64,000 bases of DNA, from contig NW_027117342.1 in NCBI RefSeq assembly GCF_038025025.1, forward strand, positions 1,302,001 to 1,366,000, given 5' to 3'. Numbering within the stretch: position 1 is the first letter of the stretch; every line of letters starts with the position of its first letter. This DNA comes from Phyllosticta citribraziliensis. Taxonomy: Eukaryota. The position numbers were made by a program, and so were the translations under genes. Shown in pieces: positions 1 to 10,652 of the stretch. The notes beneath the pieces were generated by a model, which searched no databases, was not told the DNA's origin, and saw only the letters and a program-made list of their open reading frames with translations.

Positions 1-2030
1 GGTTGCGTGAGGTACATGTTGACAACCTCTGCAGGCTGCGCAAAGTAGCTGTGGAAGAGATCCTTTGCCCAGGCAATCGTGTGCTCGATCCTGTTGGGGA
101 AACTCCTGAGAGTACACATCGGGAAAGACTGCTCGGGGGGATCCTGGGAGCTAGAGTACGACTCGGTGATGTTGGGCAAAACGACCTGGGTGTTGCCCTT
201 GGTGCCAAGAGTACCGCTGTCGAGTAGAGGCTTGCGGAAGAAGACGCAACGACGGTCGACGTAGGTACGAGCCTCGACGTTGTCAAGAGCGTTGGTGACA
301 CCATCAAGGTTATTCCAGAAATCCTCGTTGAAAATATGCTCGGTATCGGCGCCCACCCGTTCCCTAAGAGTAACAATGTGACCCTTCAAGTCAGGGTTCA
401 TGGCCTGCACCGCCTCCGCAGCGCAGTCGCTCTTCAACTTGCCTACATCCTTGGGCCTGAACAAGAATTGGCGGTTGAGGTTGCTCTTCTCGATCTGATC
501 CATGTCCGTCACCCAGATCTTGCCCTCCGGTCCAGCACCAACGCCCATCATCGCCCAGTTCTTCAGCATCTCGCAGCCAATGGCACCGGCGCCGACCAGG
601 AACTCCTTGACGTTGGCGAGCTTGTCCTGGTATTCCTTGCCAAAGACTGCGATCTGGCCGTCGTAGCGGGTTCCGAGTGGCTTGCACGAGTCCTCAGAGC
701 GAGTGGTCGAGGAAGGCAGGGACTCCAAAGAGTCAAAGTAGAGCCATTGCAAGATGGGGTGGAACTTTCCGGACACAGACTTGAGGACTTCTTGTGCGAC
801 CAGGCCACCAAAGAAGGCCGCGATTGGGCTCAGGTCACCCTGGGCTTGGAAGCTCAGCTCTTTGATGATCTTCTCATCCAGCTCCACCTTGTCCTCACCC
901 TCGCCGGCGAGGCTTTGGGCAATCTTGAAAACTTCGGCCGCATCTGCTTGGTGGTGTGGTCTCGGGAACACTCCGTTGTGTTGCTCAGCAAAGGCATGGA
1001 GCGCCTGAACACCAACGTGCAGTTGCGGGGGTCGGTCGAACTTGGCAAAGTCTGATTCCAAGATTTTGGGCTTCTTGAGCTGTTCGCTGAGAGGCTCAAA
1101 GTCCATGATCTTTGGCATCTTGACCTGGTGGAACAAGCCACCGCGCTTGTACTGGCCCAATCCAGAGACATCGCCAATGTTGAAGGTGTATGGGCCCTTG
1201 ACGGTAACCTTTCGAGGAGCGGATTCGTTGAGGCCTTCCATACCCTCCAGTTCAGAGAAAGTAACGTAGTCGCCATCCTCGAGACCGTGCCTCGTCTCGT
1301 CCAGCGCTGAAACCGTGCCATCTTCGTCGATTGCCGCAACAATCCCGCTAGTCGGGTTCTCTCCAGTTGGGTCGCCGCAGGTAAAGTTCTTGCCGAAATC
1401 CGTGAAGACGTGACCGAAGAGACCGAAGGTGTCCGAAATGACGACGTAGATGCCGTTTTGGTGGCAGAAGTCTGCAATCAGCAGCTGGTCGCGGAGCGTC
1501 GTGTCGGTAAGAACAACGCATTGGTACTGCTTGAGCAGACTCAAGTCGGAGGTCAGGTCTTTCGCGGCGTGTTCGCGAATGGGTACGTAGGGATTAAGCT
1601 CCGAGACTCGAGGGATGGTCACAGAGGCGCGCGGCTTGCCAACATCTTCGGGGTGGAGGAAGAACTGGGAGGAGAGGTCCTGAATAGTGGCAGGCTTGGG
1701 GTCGAAGAGCGTTAGAGACTTTACGCCTGCAAGCGCAATGTTCTTCGCAATCTCGACACCCAGACCTCTCAAACCAACGACGAGGATGTTGGAAGATCCC
1801 ATGCGCTTCATAGCCTCGTGTCCCAGGACGTACAGCTGTCTGCTGTAAAGTGACTCGTCAATCTCACCAGGTCCATCCTTGAGCTGCTCGGCCGCAGCTT
1901 GCGGGTTGTCGATCTGCATTTTGTCCTGAGAGAGCTCATAAGTATGTCGACTTTTGACAGCGCGGCGCAGTTTGAGGCCCAAGGTGGGCTGAGCCAGCAC
2001 AGAGGGCAGAAGCTCCAGACTTACCGTCAT
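1..2030 (-). CDS. UBA1: Ubiquitin-activating enzyme E1, 5' part (runs off window start)
   Basis: Manual minus-strand translation: [58 protein letters not shown], catalytic PMCTLRSFP. 6-nt first exon ATGACG (2030-2025), intron GTAAGT..CAG 2024-1926. Missing from the ORF track because the stop lies outside the window. Confidence 0.97.
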   Translation of the reverse strand, partial: MTVSLELLPSVLAQPTLGLKLRRAVKSRHTYELSQDKMQIDNPQAAAEQLKDGPGEIDESLYSRQLYVLGHEAMKRMGSSNILVVGLRGLGVEIAKNIALAGVKSLTLFDPKPATIQDLSSQFFLHPEDVGKPRASVTIPRVSELNPYVPIREHAAKDLTSDLSLLKQYQCVVLTDTTLRDQLLIADFCHQNGIYVVISDTFGLFGHVFTDFGKNFTCGDPTGENPTSGIVAAIDEDGTVSALDETRHGLEDGDYVTFSELEGMEGLNESAPRKVTVKGPYTFNIGDVSGLGQYKRGGLFHQVKMPKIMDFEPLSEQLKKPKILESDFAKFDRPPQLHVGVQALHAFAEQHNGVFPRPHHQADAAEVFKIAQSLAGEGEDKVELDEKIIKELSFQAQGDLSPIAAFFGGLVAQEVLKSVSGKFHPILQWLYFDSLESLPSSTTRSEDSCKPLGTRYDGQIAVFGKEYQDKLANVKEFLVGAGAIGCEMLKNWAMMGVGAGPEGKIWVTDMDQIEKSNLNRQFLFRPKDVGKLKSDCAAEAVQAMNPDLKGHIVTLRERVGADTEHIFNEDFWNNLDGVTNALDNVEARTYVDRRCVFFRKPLLDSGTLGTKGNTQVVLPNITESYSSSQDPPEQSFPMCTLRSFPNRIEHTIAWAKDLFHSYFAQPAEVVNMYLTQ

Positions 2031-3412
2031 GATTTTTTTGTGCGGACTGCTAAGGTCCCCGTTGGACGTCTTCCTTTTCCCCAGCTTGCCTGAACCGTTC
2101 CGGTTGTCTTGCGGCGCTGAGTTGGGCGATGCGGTTGATGACGTTGTCGGGTCGTGGGGCGGAATCGTGAAAGCGAGGAGGGGAGGGCTGTGGGAGGCGG
2201 AGGATGAGATGCTGTAGAGATTGAGATAGACCTGCACGTAAAGAGGCGGCGAAGGGTCAAAGAGCGGTGCGGTGGTGCAGAGGGGTTGTGTTGGTGGAGC
2301 AGCAGGAGGCGGGCGGCACGTTGGAAGGCGGCGGGCGATGACGAGAATGAAGCAATGACCGTTTCGCCAAGAAGAGCTGCCCCACCATGAGACCCACGTC
2401 GGCCCTTTCCATCACCAACACCAGCTGCTCCAACTCCAACATCCACTGGTACCTACTTTATCCGACCAGCTCCTCGTTTCCCACTCGCAGGGGCTATCGC
2501 GAGGAGTCTACATGGACGAGTCCGACGCCTCAGCAGTCTTTCCTGGAACGTTCTTCAGACCTCAAGAAAATCTTGGGAAGAAATGGACTGTCCACCGAAT
2601 CGAATCGCCAACACACATTCGATGACAGATGACGACTTGGCCTATGAGGAGCACCGGTTGCTCTCAGCCAACCGAATCCTTCTCGCTCGCTATTGTATGC
2701 TTCGACGGCGTAGCAATCCGTCCTGGCGCTCCAATTTCCGCATCGCACAGTGAATGCCACATTACAAATTCCGTCCTTACTGGTAGAGTCATGGTAGCCG
2801 TCAACTTTTCGAACTCTCTCCCGATGATTAGAAATGCTACATGTTTGATGCCGCAAGCTCGATTTGTCATCTATGCCGCAAGCACGCTGCTGGATCCCCT
2901 CTCTTCTAGGCTACTATTCGGGCAATACATTCTTGATTTGACACAACTGCTGGTGTCAATTGTATAGACACTTCGGCAACTTCCAGAGGCTTTCCTGACA
3001 TACGCCGAGCAACGTGGGGTCAAACAGGGTTGAGGGCAAACCTTTTCACAGGCTGTTCAAGGGTAACAAATTTGCTCCGCTGCTGACGGGCGCGAAAGGC
3101 CTCGCGAACTGTGACGATCTACAATCAATGTCTTCGACCAACAAACTCTACTATGCAGGTGAAGTTGAGATGACGGCTGGGTGCGGCATTGGGTCATTGT
3201 TGTGTGATGCCCGTTGGACCAAGGCTCCAAGCGCCTGGGCTAAACTCAATCTGGAATAAAGTGGCTCAACCGTCGTCGGTTGATGTGTACTCTCCCGGAT
3301 CCACCTTTCGCTGACGCTTTCTGATCCTCTCCAACGTTACACATCTTCTTCGGGCGACCTTCTTTGCCGATCAAGTATTCGACGGCATTTCAGTCAGCAA
3401 TGCGTTACGGCA

Positions 3413-5083
3413 ATGACTGAACTATTGGACTTGTCTCACGAAATTCTCCACTTAATCTTCTCTTACACCGAAGCGGACGACCTCGCCCATCTTTCCGAGA
3501 CCTGTCGTTCCCTCCATCAGTTCATCACTGGCGATGACATACTATGGAAGGAGGTGCATCTCGGAGTATTTGCAAGTCTCATAACCATGTATCTGCCTGA
3601 CTCTTTTGCTTATTGCTCCACAGGATGATCCAAAGGAGCAATCCGTGACCGTATCGTCATGGCAGGACGAACTCTCACGGATGTGGAAGCTCCACAAAAT
3701 CTTGTCGTCGCGAGATGCACAAGTCAAGGTTGGTCAGTCACCAGCAATGTATATCTAGGCTAATCACAGTCAGGCGCGGGACTTGGAGTTTATGGCAACT
3801 GCCATCATCCAGCTTCTGGAAACGTCCAGCCCAGAGCCTGAGTCGAAAACCCGTAGCTGGCTGCGCCATCATTTTGAGAATGGCCTCAACTATCACTCTC
3901 TGCTGTGTGAATCCGCGCTCTTTCGCGATAGCGATTTCTTCAGAGATATGCCCACGAGGAGCTTGTCGGCGAGGGCGAAATTTGACCAACTCAGTGCCAA
4001 ACTGCTTGTGTTGCACGGCGTTTACTGTGAATGTAAGGAACACGGGTATTGCGAAACCGCTGGCTTTCCACATTTGGATGCCTATGCTCGGTCTCGCGTC
4101 TATGATTTACGCCAATGGCATGAAGGCAATTCGTGGGGCCCTTTCATGGACGACTCTTCCAAACGAGTCGATTGGGTCAAGATGAGCTGCATCATGATGG
4201 TCCTCTTGAGCCAGCAACGACGATACTGCAAATCTCTCGGCTCATCGCATCTTCCAATTTGGCATCTTCCCTTCGCGGGTGCTGTTCCAAATACCTACGT
4301 TGATCTGGATGGTGGAATTGCGCCAGCCCAAATCCTACCGGAGCCCAAGTCTTCACATCCGGCCGCACGAATGCTGAAGGAGCCTGAATTGTCCCTCGAC
4401 GAGCTGGATCCGTATGGTATCACTGGTACCTGGTTCAGGATCGTAAACTTCTTAGACTACAGCGACCTCTACCAATTCAACCTCATCTCGCGCAACAGAC
4501 CCAACTCGGAATCGTTACCGCCTCTCGCAAAAACGGACGCAACACGATTCCTCGTCGTCCGACTTCACGTAACGAAGATTGAACCCGTGACTCGCGACGG
4601 GAAGAAGCAGCTCCCGGTGGTGTACTTTGAAGGCGATTCACGCATCCACGAAGATTTCGACGCTATACCGGGCTTTTACTCGACAACCAGAGGTATGTTT
4701 GCGGCCTCGATGCGCAGGTGGCTCAGATGCTCACACTTCCACAGGCCACGTAAGAGAGAATCCAGAGGGCGAGATTTGGTGGTCACTCCTGTCAGTTTTC
4801 AACGGAGAGGAGCGCTGGAAGACCGAATGCATTCAAGTCGGCGGCGTGCGCTCTGAACGCGGCGTCCTGGGTACATGGTTTGACAAGTGAGTCTCCCTCC
4901 TTTTTGCAGCCTCATCCCTGACTTGAGTCCTTTTTGATGAGACCCTCTAGGGATCAAGCCGACGATGGACCCATCGGTCCCACGTGCTTTTGGAAGGTGT
5001 CGGACAAGCAGCTTGAGGGGGATATGCCGAGCGTCATGCGACGTGCGAAACCTGGGCAGCGTGGTTGGAGACGGTATGGTTGA
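3413..5083 (+). CDS. Fungal F-box domain protein (5 exons)
   Basis: N-terminal F-box LLDLSHEILHLIFSY..DLAHLSETCR; C-terminal GGVRSERGVLGTWFDK..GPIGPTCFWK. Introns ~3572-3623, 3729-3773, 4693-4744 and 4887-4950 restore one frame; stop TGA 5081-5083. Confidence 0.85.
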
Positions 5084-5532
5084 GAAATTTCCCGTGGTAC
5101 AATGGGGGTTGGCGTAATATACAGTCTGATTTGGTTCATTGGCTATAGAATTCGGCCACAGAATGTAGATGAACAAGTCTGATATGGCGGCCACTAGAAA
5201 TCAACATTGCCTTGCCACCGTGATGACCATCACCAACTCATCATGGTAAATCTCATCTGATCTAAATGAGCAAAGCGCCAAACAACCAGGCCAGAAGCCA
5301 AGAACGAGTACGAATCATGAATATGGACAAGACCAGAAACAGTCTGTTCGCTGAACCTGTACCTTTCCACCCTAGAGGCGGCGGTCATCGCTGGTGGTGA
5401 AGGAGGATGAGAAGTGGGAAGGAAGGCGGCACTTTATACTTACTCTCATGCGCAAGCACCACGGCGATATCGGTGTGGTCAGGGGTTCCAGGGTGCACGC
5501 GACCAGGGGGCATTTGTGAACGGCTGCACACG

Positions 5533-5616
5533 TGGACTGTGGACTGTGGACTGTGGACTGTGGACTGTGGACTGTGGACTGTGGACTGTGGACTGCGGAC
5601 TGCGGACTGTGGACTG
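5533..5616. repeat. Heptamer microsatellite (TGGACTG)x12
   Basis: 12 contiguous units, two of them CGGACTG. Confidence 0.97.
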
Positions 5617-5649
5617 AGAAGCATGTGCCTCCCTCTTCACAGGCCTCAG

Positions 5650-5827
5650 GTTCTCCCTTCACGGGCCTTGAATGCTTCCCGCCACGAGCCTCGAATGCTT
5701 CCTTTACGGGCCCTGAATGCTCCCTTCACGAGCCTTGAATGCTCCCTTCGCGCGCTCGAATGGTCCCTTAATAGTCATCAAGTGCTCCCTTCACGGTCCT
5801 CGAATGCTCCGGCCTCGAATGCTCCCT
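5650..5827. repeat. Degenerate 22-bp minisatellite, ~8 units
   Basis: Consensus CTCCCTTCACGRGCCTYGAATG, repeated head-to-tail with no spacers. Confidence 0.85.
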
Positions 5828-6037
5828 GCCCGTGACATTGCTCAGTACACAATGAACTCATGATCTGCGAACGCGCTCAATTTGGAGAGGAATGATGTAT
5901 TTACGTGAGCTATACCAATCATTACAACCACGATGGCAGAGGTACGAAACCAAAGGTAAACCAAAGCTATGCGTGCCAAAACGACGTAATCAACGAGGGT
6001 ATCTCGCAACCAGTTAGCCGGCCGTATGCAACACAAA

Positions 6038-7818
6038 TCAAGCCTTGAGGGCATCCGACACTTTTTCAGCCATGGCTAAGACTTTTTCCTCTTCCAGTCT
6101 GCGTGCCACGAGCTGCAGGTTGATGGGCTGGCCATCGATTGCCTCCACGTTGTCTGCACCCGCACCGTTAGTTCAGTCGTTTAGAACCAGGGAGAAGAGA
6201 GGTAGACTTACACTCGTCCTTGGTCTTCTGGTCAAACTCGTTGCGTGTCTCGCGTGTTTGGTCCTCTGCACTGAACCCGTCCACCTGCTTGTCGACCCTA
6301 AGCCCTGTCGGGAAACTGACGGCCGAGTAGTCCAGGCAGTTGTACACACACGTGTACCCCACGTATCTAAACTTGTCATGTTCGACGGCCGCGTAGGGAG
6401 CAGTAGGACAGAGGATGGCATCGAGCCCCGCCGCGTTCCAGCGGTCGAGGTACTTGGATTGCAGGTCGTTTCGCTCGAGGTGGATCTGCCACATGTTGTA
6501 GACGCCCAGCTCCGCGGCATCTTCATACGAGCGCATCTCGGGGCGGAAGGGCTCGCGCGTGGGAGCGAGGAGTGCGCGGACGGACTTGCCGCCGTCGGAG
6601 ACGAACATGCGAGCCTGTTGAACAACAAAGTCAGAAAGCTGGGGTTGTGTCAGAGGATTCTGGAACTTACGATAAGTCTTGCAGCTCTTTCATGCATTCC
6701 TTCGCTTTTCCACTCGACAATATCGTGCCCTGCCCTTCTCAGCTTGTCCACTGCAAGCTGCAAGGCCCTCCGTATCGGCGGTGTCGGCAACACGACATCG
6801 TCATCCCACAATACGCCAATCTTCAACTTCTTGGAGACATCAACCTTCCTCCATGGAATCGGAAGGCATTTCGGGTCATCCAGCCACGGCGAAAGCTCCA
6901 CCACCTTTTGCGAATACGTGGCAATGGTGGCCAAGTCCGGCGCCAGCGGTCCATTCACCGACATGACAGCTTCCTGCCCCGCCAGTCCGGATCTTGTCTT
7001 GGCCGTCGGGAAACGACCAGCGCTGGGGCGTAGAGTCCAGAGACCAGTGCAAGCAGCTGGAATGCGCAGCGATCCACCAATATCACTGCCCACGCCCAGA
7101 CAGCTGCCACCGAATGCAATCAGCGCGCTTTCTCCGCCAGAGCTTCCACCCGATGTCAATTTCCGATTGCGCGGGTTTAGCGTACGGCCGAAGACGTTGT
7201 TGACAGTCTCGGCAATCATCATCGCAGTGGGGACGTTGGTCTTGACATAGACGATTGCGCCGGCGGCGAGTAGCAAGTCGACGAGGGTGCTGTTGAAGGG
7301 CGAGGGCTTGCCCACCAGCGACGAAAACCCGAGTGTCGCATCGGTGCCACGGACTTGAAAATTGTCCTTGATAGAGATGGGAAGACCGTGTAGCGGGCCA
7401 ATTGGCTGGCCGGTGGTTGCCAGATGCTCGTCGAGAGTTCGCGCGGTGCGCAGGGCCAGGTCGAAGAGGGTCTCGGAGAGACAGTTCGTCTAGATTCTGC
7501 GTCAGGTCCTGGACAGCAAAGGAAAGATATCAAAAGTCGCACCAACTGATGGGCAGCGCTCGCCCTTTTACAAAATGCCTTGGTCACTTGCTCGGAGCTG
7601 TACTTGCCACTCCTCAGTCTCTTCAAGAGGACCGTCGCCGACGAATTGGTAATCTCCAGCTCCTCAGCGGTGAACCACCCCGACTTCTGGGGGAATGCGG
7701 TCACGTCGAGCTGGGATTCGGGCGGCAGGATGTTTGCGGGGATGCGCCACTCTTCGGGGATGGAGTCGAGCAGCGCAGCGCGCTTTTTGGCGGCAATTTC
7801 TTTCCACGATCCTGGCAT
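6038..7818 (-). CDS. Amidase-signature family enzyme (acetamidase AmdS-like), ~4 exons
   Basis: WKEIAAKKR..SIPEEWRIP start; GPLHGLPISIKD, KTNVPT, GGSSGGE, GSDIGGSLRIPA (Ser-cisSer-Lys triad motifs); C-terminal LQLVARRLEEEKVL; stop 6040-6038. Confidence 0.95.
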
Positions 7819-8441
7819 GACTATGAGCGCGATGGAAAGGCGACGCGGACGAGAGGAGGTCGGGACGTACCATTTCAATATTGTGGAGTGGTGGTGGTCG
7901 GCGTGTAATAGCTAGACAGCCGCCCACTTTTGGCGCATCGGCTCGGCATGTCGGGATGCTGTGGTTGGGTGTTAATCGCGGCGTCATCAGGCAATATCCC
8001 ACCATGGGTCCCGGGTGAGCACTTGGGAGGCCGGCAACCCGTGGCGCCTGTTTACGTTCCTGCGCGCGGTCCGGGAAGGGTCTGGTCCTTTGCCGGGCAT
8101 GATGCGGCTTGGAGATTGAGGCGCTCTTCCAACAGACTCGGGCATGACAGTCTCTGGATTTCCTTTCCAAACAAGTTCAGATAGCAGAGGGGTCCGGCTA
8201 TCAGGGCGAGATGGAAGAGGAGGTGGATCAGCCGAGATGGAGGCGTGGAGAGGGCCCAAGGTGGACGCGCCGATCCCCGCTAATCCAACGCTTGCACATT
8301 GTGGAGAGGCGACGATCCTTGACAGAGAGGAAGAATGCCATGGACGTCATCTGAGCATTGAAGCCATGACAGGGCAGAAGCGCAACTTTCTTTGCTCGTT
8401 TGCACAAAGACAAAGGTTGAGACCATCTTCGCGCGACGTTG

Positions 8442-8524
8442 AAGTAGAATTGTGGGTCTCTGACTCGCGCCCTTATCCTGCCCGTCGACCACAACCCCGG
8501 GAAACCACTTATCAACCTATCGCA
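8442..8524 (+). repeat. Direct repeat copy 1 (83 bp promoter module; pairs with 14357-14440)
   Basis: AAGTAGAATTGTGGGTCTCTGACTCGCGCCCTTATCCTGCCCGTCGACCACAACCCCGGGAAACCACTTATCAACCTATCGCA; differs from copy 2 by 2 substitutions and 1 indel. Confidence 0.97.
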
Positions 8525-8776
8525 TTGATGCGGCTCAGCACCATACGCGCTCGTCTATCCCGCGACTGCTCTCAATTAATTAGCTGGATACTTTCCATTA
8601 CCTACCATCAAAGCCAAACCTTTAAGCATCAAGCGGAGAGAATGGCACAGGACCTGTGAAGAGAGGGAAATGTAGGGCACTATGCACGCAACAAAGTGAA
8701 TGAGAATCAGAAATGCATGAAATCTACATAACCTCAACGATTGACCTGTCTACCACTCACAATCTTCATTTCCTGG

Positions 8777-9441
8777 TTATGGCTCTTGGAAGCCCGAGTC
8801 ATAGCGTCCCTTCGGTCTACCCTTGCCTTGGCCTTGCTGGATGGACAAACTGCGCATGCGACCAACGGTACCTTGATCAGCCTCCCCCTCACCTGCCTCA
8901 TCTTCACAGCCCTCATGGTCTTCTTCAACGGGGACCTTCAGGGCCTCGGCAATCTTCGCATCCTATAGAAAATGAACTTCTGAATGGGGCAAAAGAATCA
9001 ACGTTGCTTACCACAATTTCCTCATCTGTCATGCCGGCCCAACGCTCTTTCTCTGTGGCTTCGCGCTCCTGTGCCTCCTCCAACCACTCCTGCGCCTGAT
9101 TGAGCTTCTTCGATAGATAGGTGATCAGGTGATCCACGGATGTGTCGTTGATGAGACGGGTGTAAAGCCGGATGGCCTCACGACCGTGGGCACTAAAGTA
9201 GGACGCAAATTAGCTCTTTTCCTGTGTCTTACACTCGGCATTCTTACACAGGGCCATGGTCTGACTTGGTCAACAGTAGATGCATGTTGGCGGCGTGGTA
9301 GTCACCAAGTCGTGGCTCAAGAAGAAGCTCATTGGCGAGGCGGAAACCTTCTTCTTTGTCGCCGGCACGGGCGCGTTCCCACGCGTTGTCGTCACGCCAT
9401 TTGAACATGAGACTCAAGTTGGAGGCGCGTTTGGGTGACAT
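8777..9441 (-). CDS. Small helical hypothetical protein, 3 exons (~190 aa)
   Basis: MSPKRASNL..LLLEPRLGDYHAANMHLLLTKSDHGPV|AHGREAIRLY..coiled acidic segment; intron GTAAGA 9247 to TAG 9193 with a CTAAT branch point, second intron ~9010-8964; stop TAA 8779-8777. Confidence 0.7.
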
Positions 9442-10652
9442 TTTGGTGAAGAAGATGATAAGAGAGGTGGGAGGTCGAACTGAGGAGGTTGCAGCTTGAA
9501 GTATTGTTGAAGAAGGACCGGGCGAAAAATCATGCTTGGTGTTTGGCTCGCCTGCCTAGAGCCCCAGGGCGCATACATTTCAGGTCTAGCGTACTGTAGT
9601 CATTTGTCGAGCTACATGGCAGCGGAGGCTTGCATGAGGAAACGACACTTGGTTGGCAGCAAAAGTCGTGGCACACACAATCCGAAAGCTCTGCAAACGA
9701 CCTTACCAGGATTTGGCTTGAATGCTCCCTGACGGCCTCCCGACAGTGTTGCATGTGGCCCGACTTTCATGACCAAGCCTCGAAATTGCCCTAGGACTCC
9801 GCTCACCATCCGTTTTCGATCATAATCATAGTTCTTGTATGGTATATCGGCTGGTCTCTTGTCAAGCTAAGGGAATGCATGTTGTCGCCCGGATGTGAGA
9901 GGGACTGCACGACAGCGAGAAGCCGTAGGATTGCTTGCGAAAACAAGACATAAGAATGCTGCGTGTCATAGACAATCAGTGCGTGCTTGTCCTGGCGTTG
10001 GCACACTGTTGATTGCAAAATAGGATTGCTTCATGATCGCAATGTGAGGTGAGGCAGATGAGAGACCAGTGTCTTCCTGAAATGACCTCAAAATTTGAGA
10101 AAGACAAACATAAAGGGTGCATGAAGAAAACAATTTTCCAATGAGCAATCGATTAAATGGAATACCGTATCAAGTTCCGCAATTCCCCACTCACTTGAGG
10201 CTCGTTTGATCAGTCATACGTCCACAACTCATTGGCAAAAGCTTGCATCAATTGCTGCCAGAGGGAAACCGGGAATCTATGCACTTATCTTGACTAGCAA
10301 CAATCAGCTTCAAAGTACATATTGAGCAGGGCAGGCTTGTGCGCCGCGGCCGCAAGTAACGTCAGAGGAGAATACAGTCCCATCGCTAGGTCGACTCTTC
10401 TCTATTGGTCGTTGAATTCTGAAAGTTCCGCCATACTCCCCTCGACTTCCACTCTTCAACTTCCGCTCGCACACTGTCCCGCGACTCCACAACGGCCGAG
10501 GTTCTTTCTGTGTGTTGAAGGATCTGGAAGGACTTTGAGGCGGTAAGTACCAAAACTCTGATCAGACTTGGCCCAAATACTGACCACCTCGTCGAGAAGT
10601 CAACTCGGAATCATCACTCTTCAATTCGACCGTACCCGACCGTTCTTTCGAA

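Noticed and set aside
5650..5827. CRISPR-like array
   Set aside because: The units are contiguous and degenerate with no unique spacers, there are no cas genes, and the context is eukaryotic.
336..7250. Long plus-strand ORFs (239 aa at 336, 401 aa at 6045) and similar ORFs elsewhere
   Set aside because: They are antisense shadows of GC3-rich real genes (UBA1, amidase).
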